This document shows positions 36,300-44,913 of a stretch of 64,000 nt of DNA, one piece after another. The notes under the pieces are model-generated. The model was not told the origin of the DNA. It searched no databases and saw nothing but the letters and a program-made list of their open reading frames with translations. The position numbers and the translations under genes are program-made. The stretch spans positions 5,583-69,582 of the IMG/VR virus record IMGVR_UViG_3300035123_000008. One strand, written 5' to 3'. How positions within the stretch are numbered: the stretch's first letter is position 1; every line of letters starts with the position of its first letter. Source of the DNA: a virus.

Positions 36300-39200
36300 G
36301 TGGTCCTGAATAAGAAAATATCTGAAATGCCGGAGGTCGTCACGCTTGCAGCGGAGGACTATATTCCGGTTCTCGATATGTCAGCGCCTTTGCAGACACG
36401 CAATAAGCGGATCTCCAGCGCAAATATGATCGCCCACTTCCCTCACAATGGGGAATCGTATGTCACCACGACACCGAGCGCGATCCTGTCAGGCGAGCGC
36501 GTTTTAACTGGTACGTCCAATATCACGATTACGGATGGAGGCGCGGGAACTACGGTCACGGTTGACACGATTCAGGATATTCATACGGCTGCTTCTCCTC
36601 AGTTTGCAAGTTTGGGTGTCGGTGCTGCTCCTGCTTCTTATGCGCAACTTACGATAGAGATGAACCTTACGGATAGCGCCAACTTTGTAAATGCCTCTCT
36701 GCTGAACTCATTGTCCACAACCATTACGGCGAATAACGCTCGCCTCTATTACGGGAATTACAACTTCATTCGCGCTATCGACAATGGAAACGATTACACA
36801 AACCCTCTTGCATTCCGTGCGTCCTACAACATTGTTTCAATTGAGAATCCGGGAGGGGGAACGGTCGCGGGTGCGGCTGCAGGTGTTTATACGATTATTC
36901 AGGGAAGCACTTCGACGCTCACGGATGGATATGCTATCTTCATCGAGAATCCCATCGGTGGCGGGACGATCACAAACCTCTATGGAATTTACATTCAGCC
37001 ACAAGTTGCAGGTGGAAATAATTGGGCGATCCATGCAGGTGGAAGGATTGTAATTGATGGCGCGGTAGACGTTGTTCAACTTCAGGTTCAAGCGGTTGCT
37101 GGTCAAAGCGTGAACATCCAGACTTGGGAGGACAGCGCGGGGAACGTGCTTGCTGGCGTTGATGAGCGAGGTATTCTTTTTAGTGATGGAAATTCAGCAG
37201 TTTCAAATGTTTTAATCGGTAATGATGCTGGAAATGTGGCTGGTAGTGGCGGGGGGAATGTGGTTATAGGTAGCAATTCAGGAAAGGCTATTACGACTGG
37301 TGTTAACAATATTCTTGTAGGAGCTTGGGTCGCTCCTTCTATGCAGCAGGGAAGTCGAAATATTTGCATAGGTAATAACACAGGAACAAATCACGGAAAC
37401 AGCGCATCTAATAATGTCAATATAGGAGCATACACGGGCCAGTACTGTAGCTCTGGTCAATCTAATACAAATATTGGATACACGGCAGGAGAATATAACG
37501 TTTCAGGATATTACAACGTCTGCATTGGTTATACGGCAGGTAGAGGATCGAGTGGAGTTTCAACATCTAATCTTGTCGCCATTGGAAATGGAGCAGGTTA
37601 TATATCACCAAGTGATACCGTGGCAATTGGGGCAGGAGCTTTAAGATACAACGACACCGGAGCATGTAACACTTGTGTTGGTCACGAAGCCGGAAAAGGC
37701 GTCGCCGGAAACTCCCATGCGAACAACACCTTCATAGGCTACCAAGCAGGATTAGGGATCACAACTGGAAACAACAATGTTCTTATTGGTTATCAAGCTG
37801 GAATCTCTCTGACAACGGGAGCGAGTAATTTTGCTCTTGGAGATCGAGCGTTATTAGATGTGCAGACTCATTCAGATAATGTCGGCATTGGGTCTTTGGC
37901 AGGAGAAAATGTAGTTTCGACTGGAAACGTTCTGATCGGGCGTAAAGCGGGGTTCGGCGCGGTGGCTGGTGTGACAGGGGCTTACAATATCGCAATTGGT
38001 TATGAACCTTTAGTTGCTATTGCAGGTGGAGCTTATAACATCGCAATTGGATGGAGCACGGCAGCGGCTATGGACGCTGGTAATTATAACGTTGCAATAG
38101 GATTGAGAGCACTTAACGCTCTGACATCTGCCGAGAACTGTGTTGCCGTAGGTCCTGAGGCTGGAAGGTATAACCAGACAGGCGCTAATAATGTTTACGT
38201 GGGAGCTTTCGCTGGTCAAGGGGCTGTTGGAAACTCTCATACCTTAAATGTGTTCGTCGGATACCAAGCAGGAATGGGGATCACAACAGGGGTCGAGAAC
38301 GTCGTTGTCGGATCAGGAGCAGGGATTGCTCTTACGACCGGTTCTAGAAATACTTTTCTAGGATACCTTGCTGGTTCAAGTTGTCAGGATGGGAATCAGA
38401 ACTTTGGGCTTGGGCGAAACTGTTTGTCAAATCTAGTCGGCGGAGATGACAACGTAGCGATTGGTGATTGGGCAGGAGGCAATATCACTTCCGGTAATCA
38501 TAATATTGGAATCGGAAGGCGCGCAGCTTACGGTGATCCAGCGGGGTTGACCGGAAACTACAACATCGCAATTGGATTTGACACCTTATTCGATGCAACT
38601 AATGCAGTCAATGTCATAGCTATTGGATACTTGGCCGGAGCGAATGTAACGGACGCAAGTGCCGAAGGAACCATTTATATAGGTCAACAGGCGGGAGAAA
38701 ATTGTACGACCGGCGTGAATACCGTGATTGGTCGACGTGCCATGAGATTTAACGTCACAGGTACAGATAATGTTGTGATAGGAAAGTTTGCAGGACTAGG
38801 TGTTGCTGCGAATTCTTATTCTGATAATGTTTTCATCGGCTATCAGGCAGGAATGGGAGTTACGACAGGATCACAAAACATTGGCATTGGAACCGACGCT
38901 TTACTTTCGCTCCAAGATGGCGCTTCTAATGTTGTTATTGGTTACTTGGCGGGTGATGCGCTGACCACTGGAGACGACAATATATTGATCGGACGACAAT
39001 GTGGGACTGACCTGATCGGAGGAAGTACAAACTTTGCCCTCGGTCCGACTTGTTTACAGAACCTTCAATCAGGGACTGCAAACGTTGCCATCGGTGTTTC
39101 TGCGCTAAATGCTTCTGTGACTGGCTCTTACAGTGTGGCTATTGGGCATAACGCTATTGCGGTAGGAGTCGTGGCTGGAAGCGTCTATGCTGTAGGTATC

Positions 39201-39938
39201 GGGTATCAAGCCCTGAACAACCTGACTTCAGGAACTCGCAATGTTGGGATAGGCTATCAAGCGGGTGCTGGAATTACCGATGGCGCAGACAATATCTGTA
39301 TGGGTGGAAGGTCCGGGGTGAACCTCGGAGGAGGCGATCGGAATATTTTATTGGGTAGGTTGACGAGTTTCTATTCATCGGGTAGTGACAACATAATGAT
39401 AGGTTATTCTGCGGGTTATGGAGTTACTGGAAATTCATATTCAAATAATGTGGTCATCGGTTCCTATGCTGGAGAAGCTATCACGACCGGGAGCAATAAC
39501 ATCATCATCGGATACGATTCGGGCGATGTAATTACAAGTGGCGCAAATAATATCATTATCGGATACCAGATCGATCCGACAGGTGCAGTGGTGTCCAATG
39601 AACTGAATATTGGAGCACTTATCTACGGAGACCTCGCCAATAATAGAGCGGGAATAAATGTCACACCTCCGAATCTCGCTGCTGCGCTTCATGTTGATCA
39701 GCCTGCATCGGACGGAGCAGAACCAGCGTTGCTCTTGGATCAGGCAGACATTGATTATGTAATGGTGAAGTTTGTTGGAACGGCAGAGGCAGCAAGCGCA
39801 GATCGCACCTTTGTTGCCGATTCGGATTTTGGTACTCCGGGTGCTTTGGTGGGTTGGATACAGGTAGAGATCGAGGACATAGGCAATCGAATTACGGATG
39901 GAGATTATTACATTCCGATTTATGCAGCACCTTCTTAA
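36300..39938 (+). CDS. Long fibre protein with YadA/TAA-head-like N(V/I)xIG repeats (head spike fibre or tail fibre)
   Basis: Dozens of about 14-aa NVAIGxxA repeats; N-terminal KKISEMP anchor motif. Confidence 0.8.
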   Translation: MVLNKKISEMPEVVTLAAEDYIPVLDMSAPLQTRNKRISSANMIAHFPHNGESYVTTTPSAILSGERVLTGTSNITITDGGAGTTVTVDTIQDIHTAASPQFASLGVGAAPASYAQLTIEMNLTDSANFVNASLLNSLSTTITANNARLYYGNYNFIRAIDNGNDYTNPLAFRASYNIVSIENPGGGTVAGAAAGVYTIIQGSTSTLTDGYAIFIENPIGGGTITNLYGIYIQPQVAGGNNWAIHAGGRIVIDGAVDVVQLQVQAVAGQSVNIQTWEDSAGNVLAGVDERGILFSDGNSAVSNVLIGNDAGNVAGSGGGNVVIGSNSGKAITTGVNNILVGAWVAPSMQQGSRNICIGNNTGTNHGNSASNNVNIGAYTGQYCSSGQSNTNIGYTAGEYNVSGYYNVCIGYTAGRGSSGVSTSNLVAIGNGAGYISPSDTVAIGAGALRYNDTGACNTCVGHEAGKGVAGNSHANNTFIGYQAGLGITTGNNNVLIGYQAGISLTTGASNFALGDRALLDVQTHSDNVGIGSLAGENVVSTGNVLIGRKAGFGAVAGVTGAYNIAIGYEPLVAIAGGAYNIAIGWSTAAAMDAGNYNVAIGLRALNALTSAENCVAVGPEAGRYNQTGANNVYVGAFAGQGAVGNSHTLNVFVGYQAGMGITTGVENVVVGSGAGIALTTGSRNTFLGYLAGSSCQDGNQNFGLGRNCLSNLVGGDDNVAIGDWAGGNITSGNHNIGIGRRAAYGDPAGLTGNYNIAIGFDTLFDATNAVNVIAIGYLAGANVTDASAEGTIYIGQQAGENCTTGVNTVIGRRAMRFNVTGTDNVVIGKFAGLGVAANSYSDNVFIGYQAGMGVTTGSQNIGIGTDALLSLQDGASNVVIGYLAGDALTTGDDNILIGRQCGTDLIGGSTNFALGPTCLQNLQSGTANVAIGVSALNASVTGSYSVAIGHNAIAVGVVAGSVYAVGIGYQALNNLTSGTRNVGIGYQAGAGITDGADNICMGGRSGVNLGGGDRNILLGRLTSFYSSGSDNIMIGYSAGYGVTGNSYSNNVVIGSYAGEAITTGSNNIIIGYDSGDVITSGANNIIIGYQIDPTGAVVSNELNIGALIYGDLANNRAGINVTPPNLAAALHVDQPASDGAEPALLLDQADIDYVMVKFVGTAEAASADRTFVADSDFGTPGALVGWIQVEIEDIGNRITDGDYYIPIYAAPS

Positions 39939-39950
39939 GGAGAGTGAGAA

Positions 39951-40229
39951 ATGGCATTCGATCAAGAAGTATCACAACAGCGAACACCGACAGCGATCAA
40001 GAACATCAGGATCGTATTGTTTGAGAGTACAGATCCCGAGGAGCTTCCACCTGATGCACAGAATAACCAGACAGCCGATTTTGAATTTGCAGTCGTGGAC
40101 CAGAACGGACAGGTCATGAATTGGAAGCGCGGGAATCTTATACCACATTTGACAGCCGGACAGATTACGCAACTTCAGGACTTCATAGCAGCTATGCGAA
40201 CCAAGGCAGAAGATGAAATTCTGCCATAA
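39951..40229 (+). CDS. Small hypothetical protein (fibre-associated)
   Basis: AAGGAG SD. Confidence 0.7.
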   Translation: MAFDQEVSQQRTPTAIKNIRIVLFESTDPEELPPDAQNNQTADFEFAVVDQNGQVMNWKRGNLIPHLTAGQITQLQDFIAAMRTKAEDEILP

Positions 40230-40249
40230 AAGAATTACGGGAGCTTGAA

Positions 40250-40486
40250 ATGACCAAGAGAACAAACAGACCTAGACAAACCAACACCAAAGCTGAACCA
40301 AAGTTTACGGCACAGCAAGCAGCGGAAGTTCTTCAGGAGGAAACGATCAAAGCTCAAGAGGCGTTCAAGGTTGAATACGAGGAGCTTTGTCAGAAGCATC
40401 AACTCACCATTGTTGGAATTCCTTTTATTGATCAGGAGGGAAAGGTGAGAGCGCAGCTTCAAGTGGGGAATTTACCAATGGAGTGA
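40250..40486 (+). CDS. Small coiled-coil hypothetical protein
   Basis: GGGAG SD. Confidence 0.7.
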   Translation: MTKRTNRPRQTNTKAEPKFTAQQAAEVLQEETIKAQEAFKVEYEELCQKHQLTIVGIPFIDQEGKVRAQLQVGNLPME

Positions 40487-40489
40487 ACC

Positions 40490-41641
40490 ATGCCAGTTGT
40501 TCCAGCAATATCTCAACTCGTAAATTATGACCTTGCGGTTTCTTTACCAAGGTACGCTCAGATCATCAAGACACCTGAGACAGCTTTCTTTGGAATTAAT
40601 AGGGCTGGAGATTTGGAAGGGGATTGCGAGAAGATCTGGCTCAAGGAAGATCGAGAGATGATTGCGCGCTACCTCTCCGAAGCGCAGAACGAGATCGAGG
40701 AGGAGACTGGATTCCCCCTTCATCCAAAGTGGTTCACCTACGAGGAGCATCCTTACGCGTATCCGGTGACTACAAGGTGGAAAAAGGTTATCGAGGTTGG
40801 GTTTCATGCGTCGAGCGTTATCGCTTCTGATGAGGCTGTCGATCATACCAACGACCCTGCCGTAATTGGACCTTTTGCTTGCACGATCACAGAGGAAGAT
40901 GAAGTACGGGTTTTCCATCCCGGTCTTGATGTTGAGATTATGCCAAGCAAGATCACGCTCACCGGAGTGCAAGCTACGATAGAGATTCCCAGAGCGCGCT
41001 TGGTGACGGAGGAAGATTCGGAGAATCCATCAACGGGTCACACTTACACCGACACAGGACCAACAGGACCTTTCGAGCAAACGGTAGATGTGTATCGCAT
41101 ATTCACTTCGGATCGCATTCATGCGACCTTGAAATGGCCACACGCCTGCTCGGGTGGAGGGTGTTGTACCTGTGGGGATAATCAACAGTCAGCTTGCATG
41201 TATGTCATAAACCACGAGAACGGCACGATTACAACGCTCCCCTCAAACTACGTGCCACAACTGGATGATTATCTAATTGAGTTGGAGGATCAAACGGGAT
41301 TCATCCTGCTAGAAAATGCAGAGATGCCGGAGTTTGAGGGTTGGCGCGCATCATGCTACAGGTGCAACGGTAAGCCTACTGTAATGGAAATAAATTACAA
41401 AGCAGGGTTAAACCCTACAACCTTCCAAGCCGAGGATGCCATCATTCGTCTTGCTCACTCGAAAATGCCTCATGCCCCTTGCGGTTGTGACTTCGCCATG
41501 AATATGTGGACGAGAGATAGGAACGTGCCACCCGTATTAACTAAGGAAAGGCTGAACTGCCCCTTTGGTATGAGTGATGGGGCTTGGATTGCATATCGGT
41601 TTACGCAGGCTATGAGAAGCATTGGGTTAGGGATTATCTAA
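40490..41641 (+). CDS. Head-tail adaptor-like protein with insertions
   Basis: N-terminal VSLPRYAQII...YLSEAQNEIEEETG resembles gp6-like adaptors; synteny. Confidence 0.55.
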   Translation: MPVVPAISQLVNYDLAVSLPRYAQIIKTPETAFFGINRAGDLEGDCEKIWLKEDREMIARYLSEAQNEIEEETGFPLHPKWFTYEEHPYAYPVTTRWKKVIEVGFHASSVIASDEAVDHTNDPAVIGPFACTITEEDEVRVFHPGLDVEIMPSKITLTGVQATIEIPRARLVTEEDSENPSTGHTYTDTGPTGPFEQTVDVYRIFTSDRIHATLKWPHACSGGGCCTCGDNQQSACMYVINHENGTITTLPSNYVPQLDDYLIELEDQTGFILLENAEMPEFEGWRASCYRCNGKPTVMEINYKAGLNPTTFQAEDAIIRLAHSKMPHAPCGCDFAMNMWTRDRNVPPVLTKERLNCPFGMSDGAWIAYRFTQAMRSIGLGII

Positions 41642-42150
41642 TGTTGGTACATAGCATCGAACCGGAGAAGTTGAAGGATGACAAGATTCGTCTTGCTTTG
41701 CTCTCAGAGTTAAGTTCAATCGGGACTGATATTCGTAAAGACTTTTTGTTAACAACAAAGACATGGAAGCATCAACCTAAGTTTCGGTTCGTGAAAGGAT
41801 TAAAAAAGGGCAAGTCTGAATTGCTAGTCTATACCGATGATGAGATTTATTACTATGTAGATAAGGGAACGAAGCCTCACCTGATTTGGGCTGGTATCTA
41901 CACAGGCAAGAGTGATAAGAAAGCTTTGAAGTTCCCCGGCACGTTTTCGGCAAAGACTATTCCGGGTGTCCTTGGTTCTTTTCAAGGTTCATCTGGTGGT
42001 GAGCCAGTTTATACACCATATGTCGAGCATCCGGGTACGAAGCCTCGAGGTTTCGAGGATATGATTTCTGTGAAATGGGCAGACACGTTTGCATTCAGGA
42101 TGGATCATGCGATGGAGCGTGCTGCAGAGGAGAGTGGTCATGGAGCATGA
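41641..42150 (+). CDS. Neck / tail-completion protein (HK97 gp10-like position)
   Basis: YYYVDKGTKPH...VEHPGTKPR; synteny. Confidence 0.55.
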   Translation: MLVHSIEPEKLKDDKIRLALLSELSSIGTDIRKDFLLTTKTWKHQPKFRFVKGLKKGKSELLVYTDDEIYYYVDKGTKPHLIWAGIYTGKSDKKALKFPGTFSAKTIPGVLGSFQGSSGGEPVYTPYVEHPGTKPRGFEDMISVKWADTFAFRMDHAMERAAEESGHGA

Positions 42151-42571
42151 AGGATACGAATTTCAAGAGGAGTTTGCCCAAGATACCATAGAGGTGAAGC
42201 TCATTCGACGCTCCGGTGGTGCGGCATTGGTCGAGTGGCAATCAGAGGATGGTTACTTGCAGCGGGCTACAGTGCCGTTTCATGAAGTACAAAATCTTTG
42301 GGAAGATCGAGGAAGCAATTTGCACGGAGAAGTTGCACAAGAAATCATCGAAATAGGCATTCCGTATGGTGTGCCTTGGGAGGACATTATTGGAGAAATA
42401 CAAATTACGGCAAAAGATATAGCTGAGAGTTTGCGCAAGCATGGCGTTTGGACGCTGGACGATGCGCAGACCAATCCGCAAACTGTAATTGGCGCGCTCC
42501 AAGCGGCTTACGGGTTTGATATGGCAACCCTGATCAGAGGCGCGCGAAAGATGAAGGAGGAAGCACAATGA
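42140..42571 (+). CDS. Hypothetical protein in the neck/tail region
   Basis: GAGGAG SD before ATG 42140. Confidence 0.6.
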   Translation: MEHEGYEFQEEFAQDTIEVKLIRRSGGAALVEWQSEDGYLQRATVPFHEVQNLWEDRGSNLHGEVAQEIIEIGIPYGVPWEDIIGEIQITAKDIAESLRKHGVWTLDDAQTNPQTVIGALQAAYGFDMATLIRGARKMKEEAQ

Positions 42572-44046
42572 CGACTAAATATTTTGTAGCGGGCGAAGGT
42601 GCTTTGTGGATTCAACCAGACGGTCCCAATACCAAACCACAATTTCTCGGTTGCCACGAATTGGGAGATGTAACAATTCCCAAAGGCACATTGAACCTGA
42701 TGTATTGCCCCGACCCCTCGAAGCCAAAGGCTTACAAAGTGGTTGGGTCATATCGAAGCGCTCCGGGTGCGATCACAACCTCGATAGAAGTTCTCATGTC
42801 GAAGGTTGCTGATTACCTAGAGCGTGTGGATTGCCCCGTTCCGATCTTTATCCACAAGGTGGAATGTGGTCGCAAGGATGTATTTGCAGCTTATCAGCGA
42901 TCCGTTGTTCTGGTAGATGCAGAAGTTACCAGCCGTGGGCTGAGTGGCATGGTTTCAAGAGACCCCGATGCAGAAGGGGAATCCATGCAAAACTTCGACA
43001 TTGAAGCGCAGGATTACTTCGATGCCTTTGGTCTATCAATCGAGCGACAATCAACCACGGAAACCGAAGCACTCAACGACATTCATTTCTGTGGCGATGA
43101 AATCTGCGAAGGCGATTGTGGTGAAGCGCAAAGCATCTGCGAGCTTGGATATGCAGTTGGTGACGCAGCCGCTGGATCACCATCCAATCAAGCTAATGTC
43201 CTAGAAACCGAAGATGGTAGCACGTGGGCAGCCACATCAACAAACCCATTCGGGGCAGCCGAGGATATTGCAGCGGTATCCTGCTTTTCAATCGGTGGAG
43301 GTAATACGAGAATTCTGGTTGGGCGTGGTTCAACCGATGCTGGTAATCCTGCCGAGATTGCATATTCAGATGACGGTGGAGCAACTTGGACCAATGTAAA
43401 TGTTGGCTCTGTCAATGGTCAGTATTTCATGGGTCGAGATTCGATCTTTGTTCTGGATATTTACAATATCTGGGCAGTTACTTCGGGTGGCTACATCTAC
43501 TTCTCAGGAGATGGTGGAGCAACCTGGACAGCGCAGGAATCCGGTGTCATCACGGCTGGAGACTACTACGGGATCAGCTTTGCAAATGCAGATGATGGTT
43601 TTGCGGTGGCAGCCGCGGACATTATCGCTCGAACCGTAGATGGAGGTGCAACTTGGTCTGCTGTCACGGCAACAGGTGGCGCGGGCGATCTCCTGACCGT
43701 GAAAACAATTTCGCAATTACGGGCTTGGGTTGGCGACGACGAAGGCGATCTCTACTTCACGAAAGATGGTGGTACAACGTGGACATCACGATCATTCTCG
43801 GGAAGTGGGTCTGGAGAAGTACGAGACATTGAATTCTACAATGATTACGTTGGGGCATTGATCCATAACAGCGCGACCCCTGTGGGATCCGTCCATGTGA
43901 CGATCGACGGTGGTTATACATGGCAAGCGATCACGACCCCTACCAATACAGGGTTGAATTCTATCTTTATCTGCAGCCCCTACTTGATGTATGCCGTTGG
44001 TGAAGTGCAAGGCTCAACCGCGGTCATCCTCAAGGTTCACGATTAA
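42568..44046 (+). CDS. Putative major tail (tube) protein fused to an Asp-box/BNR beta-propeller
   Basis: Lies directly before the TAC and tape measure genes; repeats SDDGGATW, SGDGGATW, TVDGGATW, TKDGGTTW, TIDGGYTW. Confidence 0.6.
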   Translation: MTTKYFVAGEGALWIQPDGPNTKPQFLGCHELGDVTIPKGTLNLMYCPDPSKPKAYKVVGSYRSAPGAITTSIEVLMSKVADYLERVDCPVPIFIHKVECGRKDVFAAYQRSVVLVDAEVTSRGLSGMVSRDPDAEGESMQNFDIEAQDYFDAFGLSIERQSTTETEALNDIHFCGDEICEGDCGEAQSICELGYAVGDAAAGSPSNQANVLETEDGSTWAATSTNPFGAAEDIAAVSCFSIGGGNTRILVGRGSTDAGNPAEIAYSDDGGATWTNVNVGSVNGQYFMGRDSIFVLDIYNIWAVTSGGYIYFSGDGGATWTAQESGVITAGDYYGISFANADDGFAVAAADIIARTVDGGATWSAVTATGGAGDLLTVKTISQLRAWVGDDEGDLYFTKDGGTTWTSRSFSGSGSGEVRDIEFYNDYVGALIHNSATPVGSVHVTIDGGYTWQAITTPTNTGLNSIFICSPYLMYAVGEVQGSTAVILKVHD

Positions 44047-44075
44047 GGTTGCCGATCCAGCCGCTTGGAGTACGT

Positions 44076-44137
44076 GAAACTGGAGGGTGTGGACAAAGGT
44101 TCGCTCCCGTACCTATCAGCCCATGCTCTCCAGTTTC
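44076..44137 (+). promoter_or_regulatory. Nested hairpin between tail tube and chaperone genes
   Basis: GAAACTGGAG/CTCCAGTTTC 10-bp inverted repeat enclosing an AGGT/ACCT stem. Confidence 0.45.
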
Positions 44138-44159
44138 CATATAAACGGGAGAATAGAAA

Positions 44160-44684
44160 ATGGCAGAGGCAGAATTTCAACTGTCGAGTGGTCGCACGAT
44201 TAAGATACAAAGCGTGTCTCCTTTTTTCCTTGGGAGAATCTTACCTACTGTTCTCAAGGAATTCGAAGTAGATACACCGCCAACGTATATAGTGGAACTC
44301 GTCGGTGGTGACACGCAGGAATTTACCCATGATGAGACTACGCTTGAAGTAGAAGGCGACCCCGAACAGACAGAACACAATTTCAGGGTTTGGAGTGAGT
44401 ACAAATCCAAGCTGAATGTGGCCAACCTTGAAGCGAACAGGCGTTGGCTACGTGCGCTATTGGAGGAAGGTGTCGTATTTGAAATGCCAGAGGATGAGGA
44501 CTGGTTAGCTCCTCATAAAAGGCAAGGCATTGAGATACCGGAAGATCCAATTGAACTGCGCTTAATGTATATCCAAGACGTGCTGATCAAAACCAAAACC
44601 GACTGGAATAGGTTGGTTGATGAAATTGTTGCTCTGTCAGATATAACGGAGGAAGATGTAGCTGCGGCTACAGAATCCTTTTGA
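44160..44684 (+). CDS. Tail assembly chaperone (gpG-like)
   Basis: Between tail tube and tape measure; ends TCC TTT TGA. Confidence 0.75.
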   Translation: MAEAEFQLSSGRTIKIQSVSPFFLGRILPTVLKEFEVDTPPTYIVELVGGDTQEFTHDETTLEVEGDPEQTEHNFRVWSEYKSKLNVANLEANRRWLRALLEEGVVFEMPEDEDWLAPHKRQGIEIPEDPIELRLMYIQDVLIKTKTDWNRLVDEIVALSDITEEDVAAATESF

Positions 44685-44913
44685 AATTAAGTGGAAGGGT
44701 AGACCATTATCCGAAGCATCACGGCGGGTCCCAAAAGGGGATTTTAAACACAACATACTTTTCACACAGGTGGAAGCAGCTTTCAAGTGGGGCTGTAGAA
44801 GCTTTTCGGAGTTTCGAGAGCTTCCATTAGAAGATCGTATTGTTATGATCGCATACCTGAGAGCAGAGAGCCAGATGCGATCTATTGAGATTGCGGAAGC
44901 GAGAAAAGAATGA
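44680..44913 (+). CDS. Frameshift extension of the tail chaperone (gpGT-like C-terminus)
   Basis: Open +1 frame 44662-44913 with no early ATG/SD; WGCRSFSEFRELPLEDRIVMIAYL; its TGA overlaps the tape measure ATG. Confidence 0.7.
   Translation, partial: FEIKWKGRPLSEASRRVPKGDFKHNILFTQVEAAFKWGCRSFSEFRELPLEDRIVMIAYLRAESQMRSIEIAEARKE

Noticed and set aside
36300-39938. Diversity-generating retroelement target in the fibre gene
   Set aside because: No reverse transcriptase and no TR/VR pair differing at adenines was seen; the repeats are degenerate protein-level repeats
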